Shown: piece by piece, positions 9,687 to 19,247 of the stretch
Layout of the letters: each line of letters starts with the position of its first letter
Numbering within the stretch: position 1 is the stretch's first letter
Virus record (IMG/VR): IMGVR_UViG_3300021843_000436
Reading direction: 5' to 3' (one strand)
DNA from: an uncultured virus (IMG/VR IMGVR_UViG_3300021843_000436)
Lineage: Duplodnaviria; Heunggongvirae; Uroviricota; Caudoviricetes
Length of the DNA stretch: 64,000 nt
The notes under the pieces: model-generated
Database searches by the model: none
Seen by the model: only the letters and a program-made list of their open reading frames with translations
Told to the model about the DNA's origin: nothing
Made by a program: the position numbers and the translations under genes

Positions 9687-9826
9687 AGTTAAATCCAGGA
9701 GCCTGAAGCTATCATTCTCACTTTCGCTCCACATGCAGGTTATCTTGATATACTTGGATTAACTTATGTGCATTTCTTCCCTCCCATAGGTTTGGGAGGG
9801 ATTTATGGAATGGGAGTGAAAAAAAG

Positions 9827-10096
9827 ATGTGTGGAGCAGTACAATCTGCCTCTCAGCAGAACGAGGGGCTGAGGGTATTTGTTTTAAGAAGATTTGTGGA
9901 AGAGGGAGATTCAGACTGGCATAGGGGCCTGGATGTAGTGGTGGCTCATAATGAGGAGGAGGCCAGAGATCTGGCTGAGGCTGCCCATCCAGGTAATAAA
10001 AAATTTGGTCCTTATAAAAGCGTTAAAATAATCGATATAGATAAGCCCCATTTTGCCTATGGCAGGGCTTTTGATGCTCAGTTTATTCATTGGTAA
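9827..10096 (+). CDS. Hypothetical protein
   Basis: VVVAHNEEEARDLA motif common in small viral proteins; GGAGTGA upstream. Confidence 0.6.
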   Translation: MCGAVQSASQQNEGLRVFVLRRFVEEGDSDWHRGLDVVVAHNEEEARDLAEAAHPGNKKFGPYKSVKIIDIDKPHFAYGRAFDAQFIHW

Positions 10097-10137
10097 ACAG
10101 GACTATACCTCCACTTTTCTTCTCTTTTTAAGCAAAT

Positions 10138-10152
10138 CCATAAATACTATGG
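10138..10152. promoter_or_regulatory. CCATA-N5-TATGG operator, copy 3
   Basis: CCATAAATACTATGG overlapping the ATG at 10149. Confidence 0.6.
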
Positions 10153-10670
10153 CAGCCCAGCCCAGGACTGGAGTGAGTCTTATGGACACTTCAGAATATT
10201 CTAAGGAGAAGCTCCTGGCTGATTTGAAGGCAGGGGCAGTGAATATCATAGCTCTCAGGCCCCTAAGGGCTGGAGAGCAGGAAGCCTTTGACCAGGTTAT
10301 GGGGAAGCTTAGACAGGGAGCCTCCTGGCTGGGGCTGGTGACCAATGATAAGGTGGCTGTATTCTATGAGTGGCCTCTGGCCCAGAGGATGGCAAAGGAC
10401 TATGCAGACCTGACTGAGTTGGTCAACAAAGGGGATGGCTACAGTCTGCTTCATATTGAGAAGCTGGACATCATGGCTGGGGTCCTGAAGGCTGCAGAGA
10501 CCCTCCTGCAGGAGAGGCAGATCCTCCTGCTCTTTGACTATGACGGCTACCCTGGAGGAGCCAGGATGGTCAGCTTCTTCATAGTGCCTATGGAAGGCTT
10601 TGAGGCCCATGACCCTGGCTTTGAAAAGGTCATCAAAAAGGTGAAGGAGGGAGGTGAGACCAGTGGCTGA
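10149..10670 (+). CDS. Hypothetical protein
   Basis: Part of ORF 10053..10670; core-like codon usage begins at ATG 10149. Confidence 0.65.
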   Translation: MAAQPRTGVSLMDTSEYSKEKLLADLKAGAVNIIALRPLRAGEQEAFDQVMGKLRQGASWLGLVTNDKVAVFYEWPLAQRMAKDYADLTELVNKGDGYSLLHIEKLDIMAGVLKAAETLLQERQILLLFDYDGYPGGARMVSFFIVPMEGFEAHDPGFEKVIKKVKEGGETSG

Positions 10671-10902
10671 GGCTCAGAAGCTCCTGGAGAAAATCCAGGG
10701 CTGGAAGCAGAAGAGGGATAATCCCAAATATTTTGGGACAACTGATGAGGCTCTTCATTATGCTGTAGAGGTCAGGGAGAATGCTATGTTGGATCTCTTT
10801 GGCCATCCCTGGCAGGAGTTTTCCTCTGCAGATGACCAGGAGGGAGACATCCTGGATGAGCTGGAGGCCATGCTCCAGAAGTTTATCCAGGAAACAGCCT
10901 AA
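10654..10902 (+). CDS. Hypothetical protein
   Basis: Overlaps the upstream gene; GGAGGTG RBS region. Confidence 0.6.
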   Translation: MRPVAEAQKLLEKIQGWKQKRDNPKYFGTTDEALHYAVEVRENAMLDLFGHPWQEFSSADDQEGDILDELEAMLQKFIQETA

Positions 10903-10923
10903 CCATAAGATCTATAAGTAATC

Positions 10924-11433
10924 ATGTTAGCTATAGTTCCTGGAGGAACTATAATGGCTATGAGTGCTCCTATAGAGAGAATTTCAGATAAACAGGGCAT
11001 GTGCCCTGAATGTGGATGGACTGGATCTTTCACCTTTGTGCCCCTTCCAAAGGAGCTGGGTGGAGGACGGTTCTTCCTGATCTGTAAAGACTGTGCTGCA
11101 GTGGCTGAGGTCACCAGAGAGCCTGATTCTGAGAATCCTGATTTCCTGAAGTGCATTCCTTTTGAAGGCATAGGGTCCGACACTCCCACAGGCAAAATAG
11201 GAGACTATGGTGCCCTGAGGACTGTCAGGAATTACAGGATCAAATACGTCACAGCCACTGGTAGGCAGGTCACCTGGATGGACTTTGTGGAGCAGATGGG
11301 CAGAGACCCTGAGCTTCTTCTGCAGTGGAGGAATGAGGAGCTGGCTGCAGAGGGGAAGAGAGTGGAGCCCTTCAAGGTCACAGATGCAAAGCCTGGGCAG
11401 AAGCCCTTTGCAGGGCCTTTCAAGGTAGGATAA
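10924..11433 (+). CDS. Zinc-ribbon protein
   Basis: CPECG...CKDC pair. Confidence 0.65.
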   Translation: MLAIVPGGTIMAMSAPIERISDKQGMCPECGWTGSFTFVPLPKELGGGRFFLICKDCAAVAEVTREPDSENPDFLKCIPFEGIGSDTPTGKIGDYGALRTVRNYRIKYVTATGRQVTWMDFVEQMGRDPELLLQWRNEELAAEGKRVEPFKVTDAKPGQKPFAGPFKVG

Positions 11434-11654
11434 GGCCCTGATAGTCGAAGGTGGAAAGTCCCAAACCCTGGACCTCTATGAGAACGTTACATCTGGGGAT
11501 GAGATTCTCCTCACCAATGGCCTGGGCATTTATACTGGGTTGAAAATTCCTTAAACCCAGTATTCTGCTTTCTTTTCTAATTTAAAACCTTATTAAACTT
11601 CTATTTTCTAAAATAGATAAGACCTATAGTTTTTATATTAGTAATAGACCTTAA

Positions 11655-13589
11655 ATGTCATCTATGAGCCAGGAGAAGACAAAAAAGGCAGTATCTAAGC
11701 TAAAAACCCATGATATTAGACCTACAGTGGAGTTTCATGCTCAGAATACTCAGACTTCAATTTCCTTTTACCAAATGATGATAAATGACCTGAAAACTTT
11801 CCTGGTGGCAGATCCAGCCAGGACTAACAAATATGTCATCTATGATGTCATGCCCAGGCTGGACCCTGAGCTGGGTGTGGCCTTGCAGATGATCACTTTC
11901 TCAGTCCTCAATTCCTACCAGGGACCAGAGCTGAAAGAAGGATACACACCTAGCAGGGAGGACTTCATGGCAGATGTGGAGACCATTCTTAGTGAGATCA
12001 AATTCTCCACTAATCTTCCAGAGATCGTCAGGGGCCTAGTGAAGAATGGAGATGTGGTCTGGAGGCTCTTCAGGAAGGGTGCCAGCTCAACCATAGATAA
12101 GGTGGAGCTGTTGCCCACTTATGCTGTCACCATCATAGACAATGCCTATGAGAAGGACCCTGAGAATAATCAGGTAATCAGGAAGAGGGAGACCTATCTG
12201 GTGGGTGAGAGATCTAAAGAGCAGATTACAAAACCCACTCTGCAGCCTGTTATGCAGACCAGCCAGGGTACTCCCACCACTACTGTGCCTGTGGTGGCCC
12301 AGGCAGTGGGAGAGGCCAGGGAGAGAATCACTGCAGATGAGATCCTCCACTTCTCCATGATGAGCCAGGGAAATTATCAGAAAGACATCTTTGGCAGGGA
12401 CTCTTATGGCATTTGGGGCATTTCACCCCTGGAGAGCCTGGTCTTTGTCCTGAAGATGAAGCTGGCTCTAAATCTTGATTATCTCAGGTGGAGCAGGACT
12501 GGAATGCCCAGGTGGGATGCCTCCCTGGATCTCTCAGAGGTCATGAACCTCATGAACTACCAGGGCAGCCAGCAGGAGAGGCTGAAGCAGGCCAGGGACA
12601 TGGCCAATGACATTTTTGAGGAGTTTAGAAAAAAGCTTTATTATACTGATAATGATCCTAACTCTCCCACCTGTGGTCAGGAGCTGCCTGTGGAGACTGA
12701 CCACATGTGGATTCATGGCACTAATGTCACTGTGGAGCAGAAGGGTGGCCAGTCTGAAGCCCCTGTCCACTACCTGGAAGTTATCAAGAAGTGTGACATG
12801 TCCATCTGCAGTGCCCTGGGAGTGCCTCTCTCCCTCTTTGGTTATGAGGCAGGCTCCACCTATGCCATAGGCTATATCACTCAGCAGTTTATGACCTCCA
12901 TAGGAGGAGGGCTCCTGAAGTGCATTGAGTCCACTGTGGAGGACTTCCTCAGGGCTGAGATGAAGGCCAGGGTTATGGACTTCACTGAGCTTGATTTTGA
13001 TAATCTTATCCTGAAGTACAAAGTCAATGACACTGAGACCCTGAGAGCTGAGCTGGAGGTTAAGAAGCTCCAGATTAGCCTGGCTGGTGAGGCTTATGAT
13101 AAGGGCATAGTCACCAAGAATGAGGCCAGGGCCATCCTGGGCCTGAAGCCAGTGGAGGGTGGAGATGAGTTCAAAGCTGCTCCTGCAAACCCATTAGATG
13201 GGCTCCTGGCTCTGCAGGCTGGTGGGCAGAAGCCTCCTGCTGATCAGGAAGGGAAACAGTCTAAAGAAAACACCCAGGGGAAGGGTGGAGGAGACCAGGG
13301 AGGTCAGCAGAATGGGCAGCCCAAAGCTGGTGAGCAGTCTGAAATAATGAGGTACATGACTGATGAGCAGCTGCATGGGCCTCATATCCACCACCATGAT
13401 GATGCTGCAGCCCTGGCCCCTGTGGAGCTGAAGCTGGAGACCGACCTGATCAAGGAGTATAACCAGGCAGTTCAGGACTTTGCTAATGGGGCCATCCAGC
13501 TCCTGGATGGGATGACCAGCCAGCCCCAGGAAGAGGAGGGGAAGACTGGGAAGGGCAGGAAGAGAAAGCCAGGCAAAGGGGCTGAGTGA
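11655..13589 (+). CDS. Portal protein
   Basis: Position between terminase and MuF; EILHFS..GRDSYGIWGISPLESL, ICSALGVPLSLFG and GIVTKNEARAILGL motifs. Confidence 0.88.
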   Translation: MSSMSQEKTKKAVSKLKTHDIRPTVEFHAQNTQTSISFYQMMINDLKTFLVADPARTNKYVIYDVMPRLDPELGVALQMITFSVLNSYQGPELKEGYTPSREDFMADVETILSEIKFSTNLPEIVRGLVKNGDVVWRLFRKGASSTIDKVELLPTYAVTIIDNAYEKDPENNQVIRKRETYLVGERSKEQITKPTLQPVMQTSQGTPTTTVPVVAQAVGEARERITADEILHFSMMSQGNYQKDIFGRDSYGIWGISPLESLVFVLKMKLALNLDYLRWSRTGMPRWDASLDLSEVMNLMNYQGSQQERLKQARDMANDIFEEFRKKLYYTDNDPNSPTCGQELPVETDHMWIHGTNVTVEQKGGQSEAPVHYLEVIKKCDMSICSALGVPLSLFGYEAGSTYAIGYITQQFMTSIGGGLLKCIESTVEDFLRAEMKARVMDFTELDFDNLILKYKVNDTETLRAELEVKKLQISLAGEAYDKGIVTKNEARAILGLKPVEGGDEFKAAPANPLDGLLALQAGGQKPPADQEGKQSKENTQGKGGGDQGGQQNGQPKAGEQSEIMRYMTDEQLHGPHIHHHDDAAALAPVELKLETDLIKEYNQAVQDFANGAIQLLDGMTSQPQEEEGKTGKGRKRKPGKGAE

Positions 13590-16500
13590 GGTCACTCATG
13601 CCCTTAGATTATAAAGAATTGAGGAGGAATTATGTCCTGGGCCTCCTCAGTGATGAGGTTTTTGATAATCCTAAATATAAAAATGATCCAGCAGTCCTTA
13701 GACTGAAGAAGGACATAGAAGAGATAGCAGTCCAGAAAATCGATTTTAGCCAGGATAATGTGAACACCTCTATGATCCAGCTCCAGGCTGCTTTCTATGC
13801 TGGAGATATCACGAAAGATGACATCGAGGGCTTCATCAAGGACACGAATTATGCCCCTGGATTCAGGGCAGGATCTGCAAAGCTCTGGGATAAAATAGAC
13901 CTGGGGATCATTAAAAGGCCAGAAGACCAGCCAGCCACTCCTCCATCTGGGCCTATAGCCAAACCTCCATCTGGATCTGGAACCAAAGCTCCAGAGGGCC
14001 AAAGGATCACAGTAAAGACAGAGAAGGATTTTGAGAAGCTCAGGACTCAGCTGGTGCTGGATCTGGATAAGGCCACTGTGGACGGCCTGGTGAAGAGCTA
14101 TGCCAGGGGCCAATCAGTGGCCATGTGGGAAAGCAGCAAAGGGAAGGAGAAGGTGGAGCTGGGTGGCCCAGATCCAAAGGAGCAGGTGAAGTATCTCATA
14201 AACACTCTGAAGCCTGTCCATGAGTATAATGATAAACTGGCCACCATGCTCACTAAAAGGCTGACTGACCAGATCAATTCAGGCACTGCCCCTGGTGTCA
14301 TGGCCAAAGGAATGCAGGACACCATCACTCATTTTATGAGGGAGCCAGTCCAGGTGCCCCTCAAAGGCCCTGATGGGAAGCCGAAGCTGGATAAAGACGG
14401 GAATCAAGTGGTGAGGATCTATTCCCCTGAGTCCTATGCTAATCTGCTCTCCAGGACCATAACTTACTCTCTGAGAAATAGGGGCTACCTGGATCATTAC
14501 AAAGCTATGGGCACAGGGGATGGCTGGATCTCTGTCTGCTCTGCAGATGAGAGGAGCTGCCCCTTCTGCATGGATTTACAGGGCAAATTTTTCCCCTGGG
14601 ACTCACCCCAGGAGCCTCCAGCCTATCATCCTTTCTGCAGATGTAGGGTAAAGATCCACTTCTCTAAGGATGCTGAGGAGGGCTTTGCAGGGCCTGATGA
14701 CGGAAAGGTAGAGCAGCCAGTGATTCCAGCCCCAGCTCCTGTGACCCCTAAGATTCAGGCATGGCAGGACTGGACAGTGGACATGGACTATCAGAGTGTG
14801 AAGAGCACTCTGGAGTCAGATCTGGACACCAGGATTAAAGAGGTCACTGCCTTTGAAAGTGGCAGGGACTATGGTGCCAATTTTAAGCCAGGCTGGGATA
14901 ATGATGTCTGGATCAATAAGGACCTTCCAGAGCTGTCAAAGACTCATGCTGCAGTGGGAGCCTATGGCCAATTTTTGGCTTCCACTGTAGAGGGAGACCC
15001 CTCCAAATTCCTGGGCTGCAGTGATGAGGTCTGGGTGGCCATGAAGCCCCAGACTAACACCCTCTTTAAAGAGGTCAATGTGGCCAGAATAGCTAATGCC
15101 AGAGTTAATCTGGAGGCCCTGAAGCAGGAGACAGAGAATGGCTGGCAGGCCATAGTGCAAAAGGGCAAATGGCTGCCTAAGGATACACCCCTCTCCAGGA
15201 TAGCTCCCAGATCTCAGTCAGCCTTTACAGAGGCTGAGCTGTGGCATAACCTGCAGAGGACTAATGCAGAATTTCATGATCTGCTGAATGCCCAGGTTAG
15301 GTCCAGCTCTTTCCTTTCCTTCCCCATTCCTGTGGGTGGAGAGAATGGAGAGCAGAGGAAGGCAGTGCCCTTCACTCAGTTTAAGGAGGTCATGCAGGAA
15401 TGGAGGGCTAACCAGCATGGAGCTGCAGTCCCTGATGACCTGTTTAATGATGCCCTGGATCTCACCCTCAGAAATTGGTTTAGACATGCAGATGGTGAGC
15501 AGTGGACCTCTTTGAGTCAATATCAATCCACAGAGGCTCACATGGGTGCCATGCTGGAGGGCCTCCACATAGACCCAGGCATGGTGAAGGAGATAGCTCC
15601 TGATGCCTATGAGTACCTGGTGAAGCAGGTCTCCACAGGAGCCCTGGGAGAGCCCATAAAGAAGGTCCTCACCTTCATTGGAGATCTCACAAAGAACCTG
15701 CCCCAGGAGATCAAGGTCTTCAAGGACTGGGATGAGCTGAGGAATGTGGTCCAGCAGGAGACTGGCTTCACTGTCAGCTTCAGAGGCCAGGTAGCTGAGG
15801 GCAGGCTCCCAGGCCAATTGGCAGGCATAGACAGGAAGAATAAGCAGTTTTGGCTGGACAGGGGCCTGAGGACTGATGAGGCCAGCCAGCTCCTAACAGG
15901 TCAGTACTCCAGGCTGTGGGCTGAGGATCAGGCAAAGGCTCTAAAGATGAAGGGGCCTGATGCTTTTATTAGGGCATTCTTTGACTGGACTGATAAGGAG
16001 GGCTCCCAGGTAGGCCAGACAGAGCTGGATAAAATGCTCTGTCAGCTGAATATAGCCTCCCAGACTGATGCCCCTATTAAATTTGAGCAGATGGCTGAGA
16101 ACATAGAGAAAGACTGGGCCTCTGTCTGGCAAAGGCATGGGCCTAGATGGGGCCTGAAGGAGAAGACCACAGAGGATGAGATGGCCACTGCTATTGAGGA
16201 CTATCTCCTGCAGCTGAAGAATAAGGGAGTGGACCTCACCTGGGCTGAAGACTTTGGGAATACAAAGTTCACTATGACCAGGAAGATCCTGGGCAAAGAC
16301 CAGGAGGTAAACCTGGATAATTATCAATACTGGTTTAAGAGGGACCTGGAGCAGCAAATGGGGAAGCTCAAAGGCCCTGAGAAGACGGATGTGACCAATA
16401 AATGGGGTGACATCTACCAGTATCTAAAAACCCAGTGGTGGAGACAGGCCAGGGAGACTAATTTCTCAGGGAATGGTGCCCAGGTAGAGGCTGCAGAGAA

Positions 16501-17788
16501 AGTGGCAGCCTTTGTAACTAATCTCTATAAAGATGAGAAGACTGTCAAAGAAATGGCCCCTAAGTGTTATGACAGATTTGTAGCCCTGAATAAACAGAAT
16601 CATTATGGCAGGGTTTTGGGGAAGATCTTTGACACATCTTCAGCTTCCACCCTGGAGGACCTCACTGGAAAGATGAATTTTACCCTGGACCCTATGGGCA
16701 ACTATGACGATATGATAAAGGAAGTAAAGAAAGTATTTCCTTTTGCTCATAAAAATACCAAAGGGGCCTATGGCCAATTCCATCCAGCTAATGATCTTAA
16801 GGGCACTCTGATCTCAGTCAGGTCCTCCATGAAGGGATCTCCACATGCCAGGGCCACTCTGGTGCATGAGACAGGTCATGGCATTGACTGGATGAACTCA
16901 GGGGCAAAGCATAACTGTGCCAGGACTGTGGCAGATCTCAGGAATAACTGCTTCCCTAACCTTTCTCTCCCAGAGGTCCAGGATCTTTTTGACACTGAGC
17001 TGAAGGATACCATGTGCCAGGTCAGACATGCCCTGGCCATGAATGATGTCAGGCTGGCAGATAGCACTGTAGAAGCAGCACTCCTGGAGGACAAAACCTC
17101 TTCTGCAGCTCTGAAGAGGCTGAAGGAGGCTCCTGCCCAGGTGGACTATATCAAGGCCAGGGCAGATCTCCTGAATGAGATAAGTGATTCAATTAAATCC
17201 AAGGGTTATTCCCTGCAGTCCTACCAGGGCGATGGCATAGGGCCTGTCAAACCAGTCACTAAGAAGGTCCAAACCCTGGATGAGTATATGATGGCAATGG
17301 AATCTTATGCTCAAAAATATGCTAATGCCATTATGGATGCCAATGCTCAGAAGGAGCAGGCCCAGATAGAGCTGGCAGCCCATGCAAAAGTGGAGTTTTT
17401 AAATGACTTCCTGACTGTTAAAGATAGAGATTCCACTACCCTCTATAAGAGTAACTATGATGTACCTGTCACCATCTATAATTTTGATGACTGGTCTGAG
17501 CAGTATTTCAAAATGCTGCCTATAGAACCTGGTTTGAAGCAGGACATCAAGAATGCAGTTAAGATCTCCTGGATGCAAAGGTGTGAGGGTCACTGCTGGT
17601 CTGGAGACTATGGCTGGTCTGGGAGACCTACAGAGAGGTGGGCAGTCTTTGTCCAGGGGCTCTATATGGACCCCAAAAGATCTGCAGAAATAGCTCCAAA
17701 GGCTTATAAAGCATTCATGGAAAATATGAGAACAAATAAATATGCTTCAGTCCTGGGCAGGCTCCTGGGATTCAGAGCTATGGTGTGA
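13586..17788 (+). CDS. Long MuF/SPP1 gp7-like minor head protein with three C-terminal zincin-like domains
   Basis: MuF motif DERSCPFC...PPAYHPFCRC; HETGH at 16865-16879; three copies of a D-P/E-x4-(I/M)AP-x-(A/C)Y motif. Confidence 0.85.
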   Translation: MRSLMPLDYKELRRNYVLGLLSDEVFDNPKYKNDPAVLRLKKDIEEIAVQKIDFSQDNVNTSMIQLQAAFYAGDITKDDIEGFIKDTNYAPGFRAGSAKLWDKIDLGIIKRPEDQPATPPSGPIAKPPSGSGTKAPEGQRITVKTEKDFEKLRTQLVLDLDKATVDGLVKSYARGQSVAMWESSKGKEKVELGGPDPKEQVKYLINTLKPVHEYNDKLATMLTKRLTDQINSGTAPGVMAKGMQDTITHFMREPVQVPLKGPDGKPKLDKDGNQVVRIYSPESYANLLSRTITYSLRNRGYLDHYKAMGTGDGWISVCSADERSCPFCMDLQGKFFPWDSPQEPPAYHPFCRCRVKIHFSKDAEEGFAGPDDGKVEQPVIPAPAPVTPKIQAWQDWTVDMDYQSVKSTLESDLDTRIKEVTAFESGRDYGANFKPGWDNDVWINKDLPELSKTHAAVGAYGQFLASTVEGDPSKFLGCSDEVWVAMKPQTNTLFKEVNVARIANARVNLEALKQETENGWQAIVQKGKWLPKDTPLSRIAPRSQSAFTEAELWHNLQRTNAEFHDLLNAQVRSSSFLSFPIPVGGENGEQRKAVPFTQFKEVMQEWRANQHGAAVPDDLFNDALDLTLRNWFRHADGEQWTSLSQYQSTEAHMGAMLEGLHIDPGMVKEIAPDAYEYLVKQVSTGALGEPIKKVLTFIGDLTKNLPQEIKVFKDWDELRNVVQQETGFTVSFRGQVAEGRLPGQLAGIDRKNKQFWLDRGLRTDEASQLLTGQYSRLWAEDQAKALKMKGPDAFIRAFFDWTDKEGSQVGQTELDKMLCQLNIASQTDAPIKFEQMAENIEKDWASVWQRHGPRWGLKEKTTEDEMATAIEDYLLQLKNKGVDLTWAEDFGNTKFTMTRKILGKDQEVNLDNYQYWFKRDLEQQMGKLKGPEKTDVTNKWGDIYQYLKTQWWRQARETNFSGNGAQVEAAEKVAAFVTNLYKDEKTVKEMAPKCYDRFVALNKQNHYGRVLGKIFDTSSASTLEDLTGKMNFTLDPMGNYDDMIKEVKKVFPFAHKNTKGAYGQFHPANDLKGTLISVRSSMKGSPHARATLVHETGHGIDWMNSGAKHNCARTVADLRNNCFPNLSLPEVQDLFDTELKDTMCQVRHALAMNDVRLADSTVEAALLEDKTSSAALKRLKEAPAQVDYIKARADLLNEISDSIKSKGYSLQSYQGDGIGPVKPVTKKVQTLDEYMMAMESYAQKYANAIMDANAQKEQAQIELAAHAKVEFLNDFLTVKDRDSTTLYKSNYDVPVTIYNFDDWSEQYFKMLPIEPGLKQDIKNAVKISWMQRCEGHCWSGDYGWSGRPTERWAVFVQGLYMDPKRSAEIAPKAYKAFMENMRTNKYASVLGRLLGFRAMV

Positions 17789-18057
17789 GGTGGAGGATGG
17801 ACCCTAACGTATTGAGTGGATATGATGTCATCATGAGGGATGATAGGGGCTGGAATGGCCAGAGGGAGAGGATGGAGGCCAGTGCCAGAAAGTCCCTGGA
17901 GGAGATGAAGTCTCTTCCCAGGGCCAGGGCCTGGTGGCTCATAGAGGTCAGGACAAATAAGGTCCTGGTGGAAGGTGGCGAAGGGGTAGGGCACCACCCT
18001 TCAGAGTATGGCTATGATCCTGAGCAGGGCCTGGCCTCTCTCTTTTATAAGAAATGA
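17785..18057 (+). CDS. Small protein coupled to MuF (possible immunity/accessory)
   Basis: GTGA overlap with the MuF stop codon. Confidence 0.55.
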   Translation: MRWRMDPNVLSGYDVIMRDDRGWNGQRERMEASARKSLEEMKSLPRARAWWLIEVRTNKVLVEGGEGVGHHPSEYGYDPEQGLASLFYKK

Positions 18058-18173
18058 GGGCTTCTAAATAGTTATTTCCTCATTGTAATCATTTTTTTGA
18101 CCTATTACAATGTTTTCTTGATGTAGGTAGGATTTAAATAAGTCTAACTAGAAATTGGCCTATGTGAGATGAT

Positions 18174-19025
18174 ATGAACTCTGAAGCATTTACTCATCCT
18201 GAATTAAATGAAACTTATGAAAAATTGTATTTAGGAAATTTGATTAAATATTTGGAATCCAAAAATGAAAATAAATTAGTTGGGCTACTAAAGGATTCTA
18301 TCTGCTGTATTACTACATCTACTAATTTTTCTAAGATTAGGTGGGATGGTTTTAGTGCTGAGGTTTATTTCCATGTTCCTGTTGGCAAAATTGGAGACAT
18401 AAATGTGGAAGATAGAAAGAAGCTAAAAACGTATTGCAATGATGTTATGCCAAAGAGTTATGGATATGACATAATGAAAGTTGAGATCATACCAAACACT
18501 GAAGCAGATGGAACGATGTCAAGAGAACTGACTCGCCTCCAGGAGCAAATTCAACGAAGTTCTTCGCTTGATATTTTACCTTCAGAGTTAATTGAAAAAG
18601 GAAAAGATATGGCAAATGTATATTTATATTTATATTGCGTAGAGAATTCCTTGAGGTTATTCATTGAAAAAATAGGGCAGGATAAATTTGGCAATGACTA
18701 CCTCAATTCTTTAAGTCTTAGGGCAGATACACGAAGGAAAATTACATCAAGAAAGGAGGGAGAAGATAAGAATAAATGGCTAAGAATCAGAGGAGATTCA
18801 GACATTTTCTATATGGATTTTGAAGAACTAGGCAGCATAATTCAAAATAATTGGGAAATATTTAAAGATTATTTTCCCTCAATGGCATGGATTATGCAGA
18901 AAATTGAAGAATTAGTGGTTTGCAGAAATCTAGTCGCACATAATAGCTACATTGGATTGGATGAGCGTGAGCTAATATCTTCGTATTATAAAAGTATTTT
19001 AAAGCAAATAGGGTCATGCATATGA
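18174..19025 (+). CDS. Swt1-like HEPN-domain protein (moron)
   Basis: YLYCVENSLRLFI...MDFEELGSII..NWEIFKDYF...RNLVAHN (RxxxxH); AT-rich, CG present, own upstream TTTAAATA box. Confidence 0.8.
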   Translation: MNSEAFTHPELNETYEKLYLGNLIKYLESKNENKLVGLLKDSICCITTSTNFSKIRWDGFSAEVYFHVPVGKIGDINVEDRKKLKTYCNDVMPKSYGYDIMKVEIIPNTEADGTMSRELTRLQEQIQRSSSLDILPSELIEKGKDMANVYLYLYCVENSLRLFIEKIGQDKFGNDYLNSLSLRADTRRKITSRKEGEDKNKWLRIRGDSDIFYMDFEELGSIIQNNWEIFKDYFPSMAWIMQKIEELVVCRNLVAHNSYIGLDERELISSYYKSILKQIGSCI

Positions 19026-19247
19026 ATGTCCCTTAAGCGTAAGATAAATGACATCAGCTTAACTCTTTTCTCTTTAAACCATTTATTTAAGCTTCTTTTA
19101 TCTCTAAACCATGATTTGGAATCTTATTTTCTATAATAGACTATTCTATCTTTCTGTATTTAAAAAGAATAAGCATAAATAGGAGAATAATTTAATAAAA
19201 CAATTTGATGAGCTTTAGCTCAAATCAAACTTATAGAAGGAGGTATT

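Noticed and set aside
11430..11555. Coding-like fragment DKALIVEGGKSQTLDLYENVTSGDEILLTNGLGIYTGLKIP
   Set aside because: It has no start codon and is preceded by an in-frame stop; it may be a gene remnant, but support is too weak.
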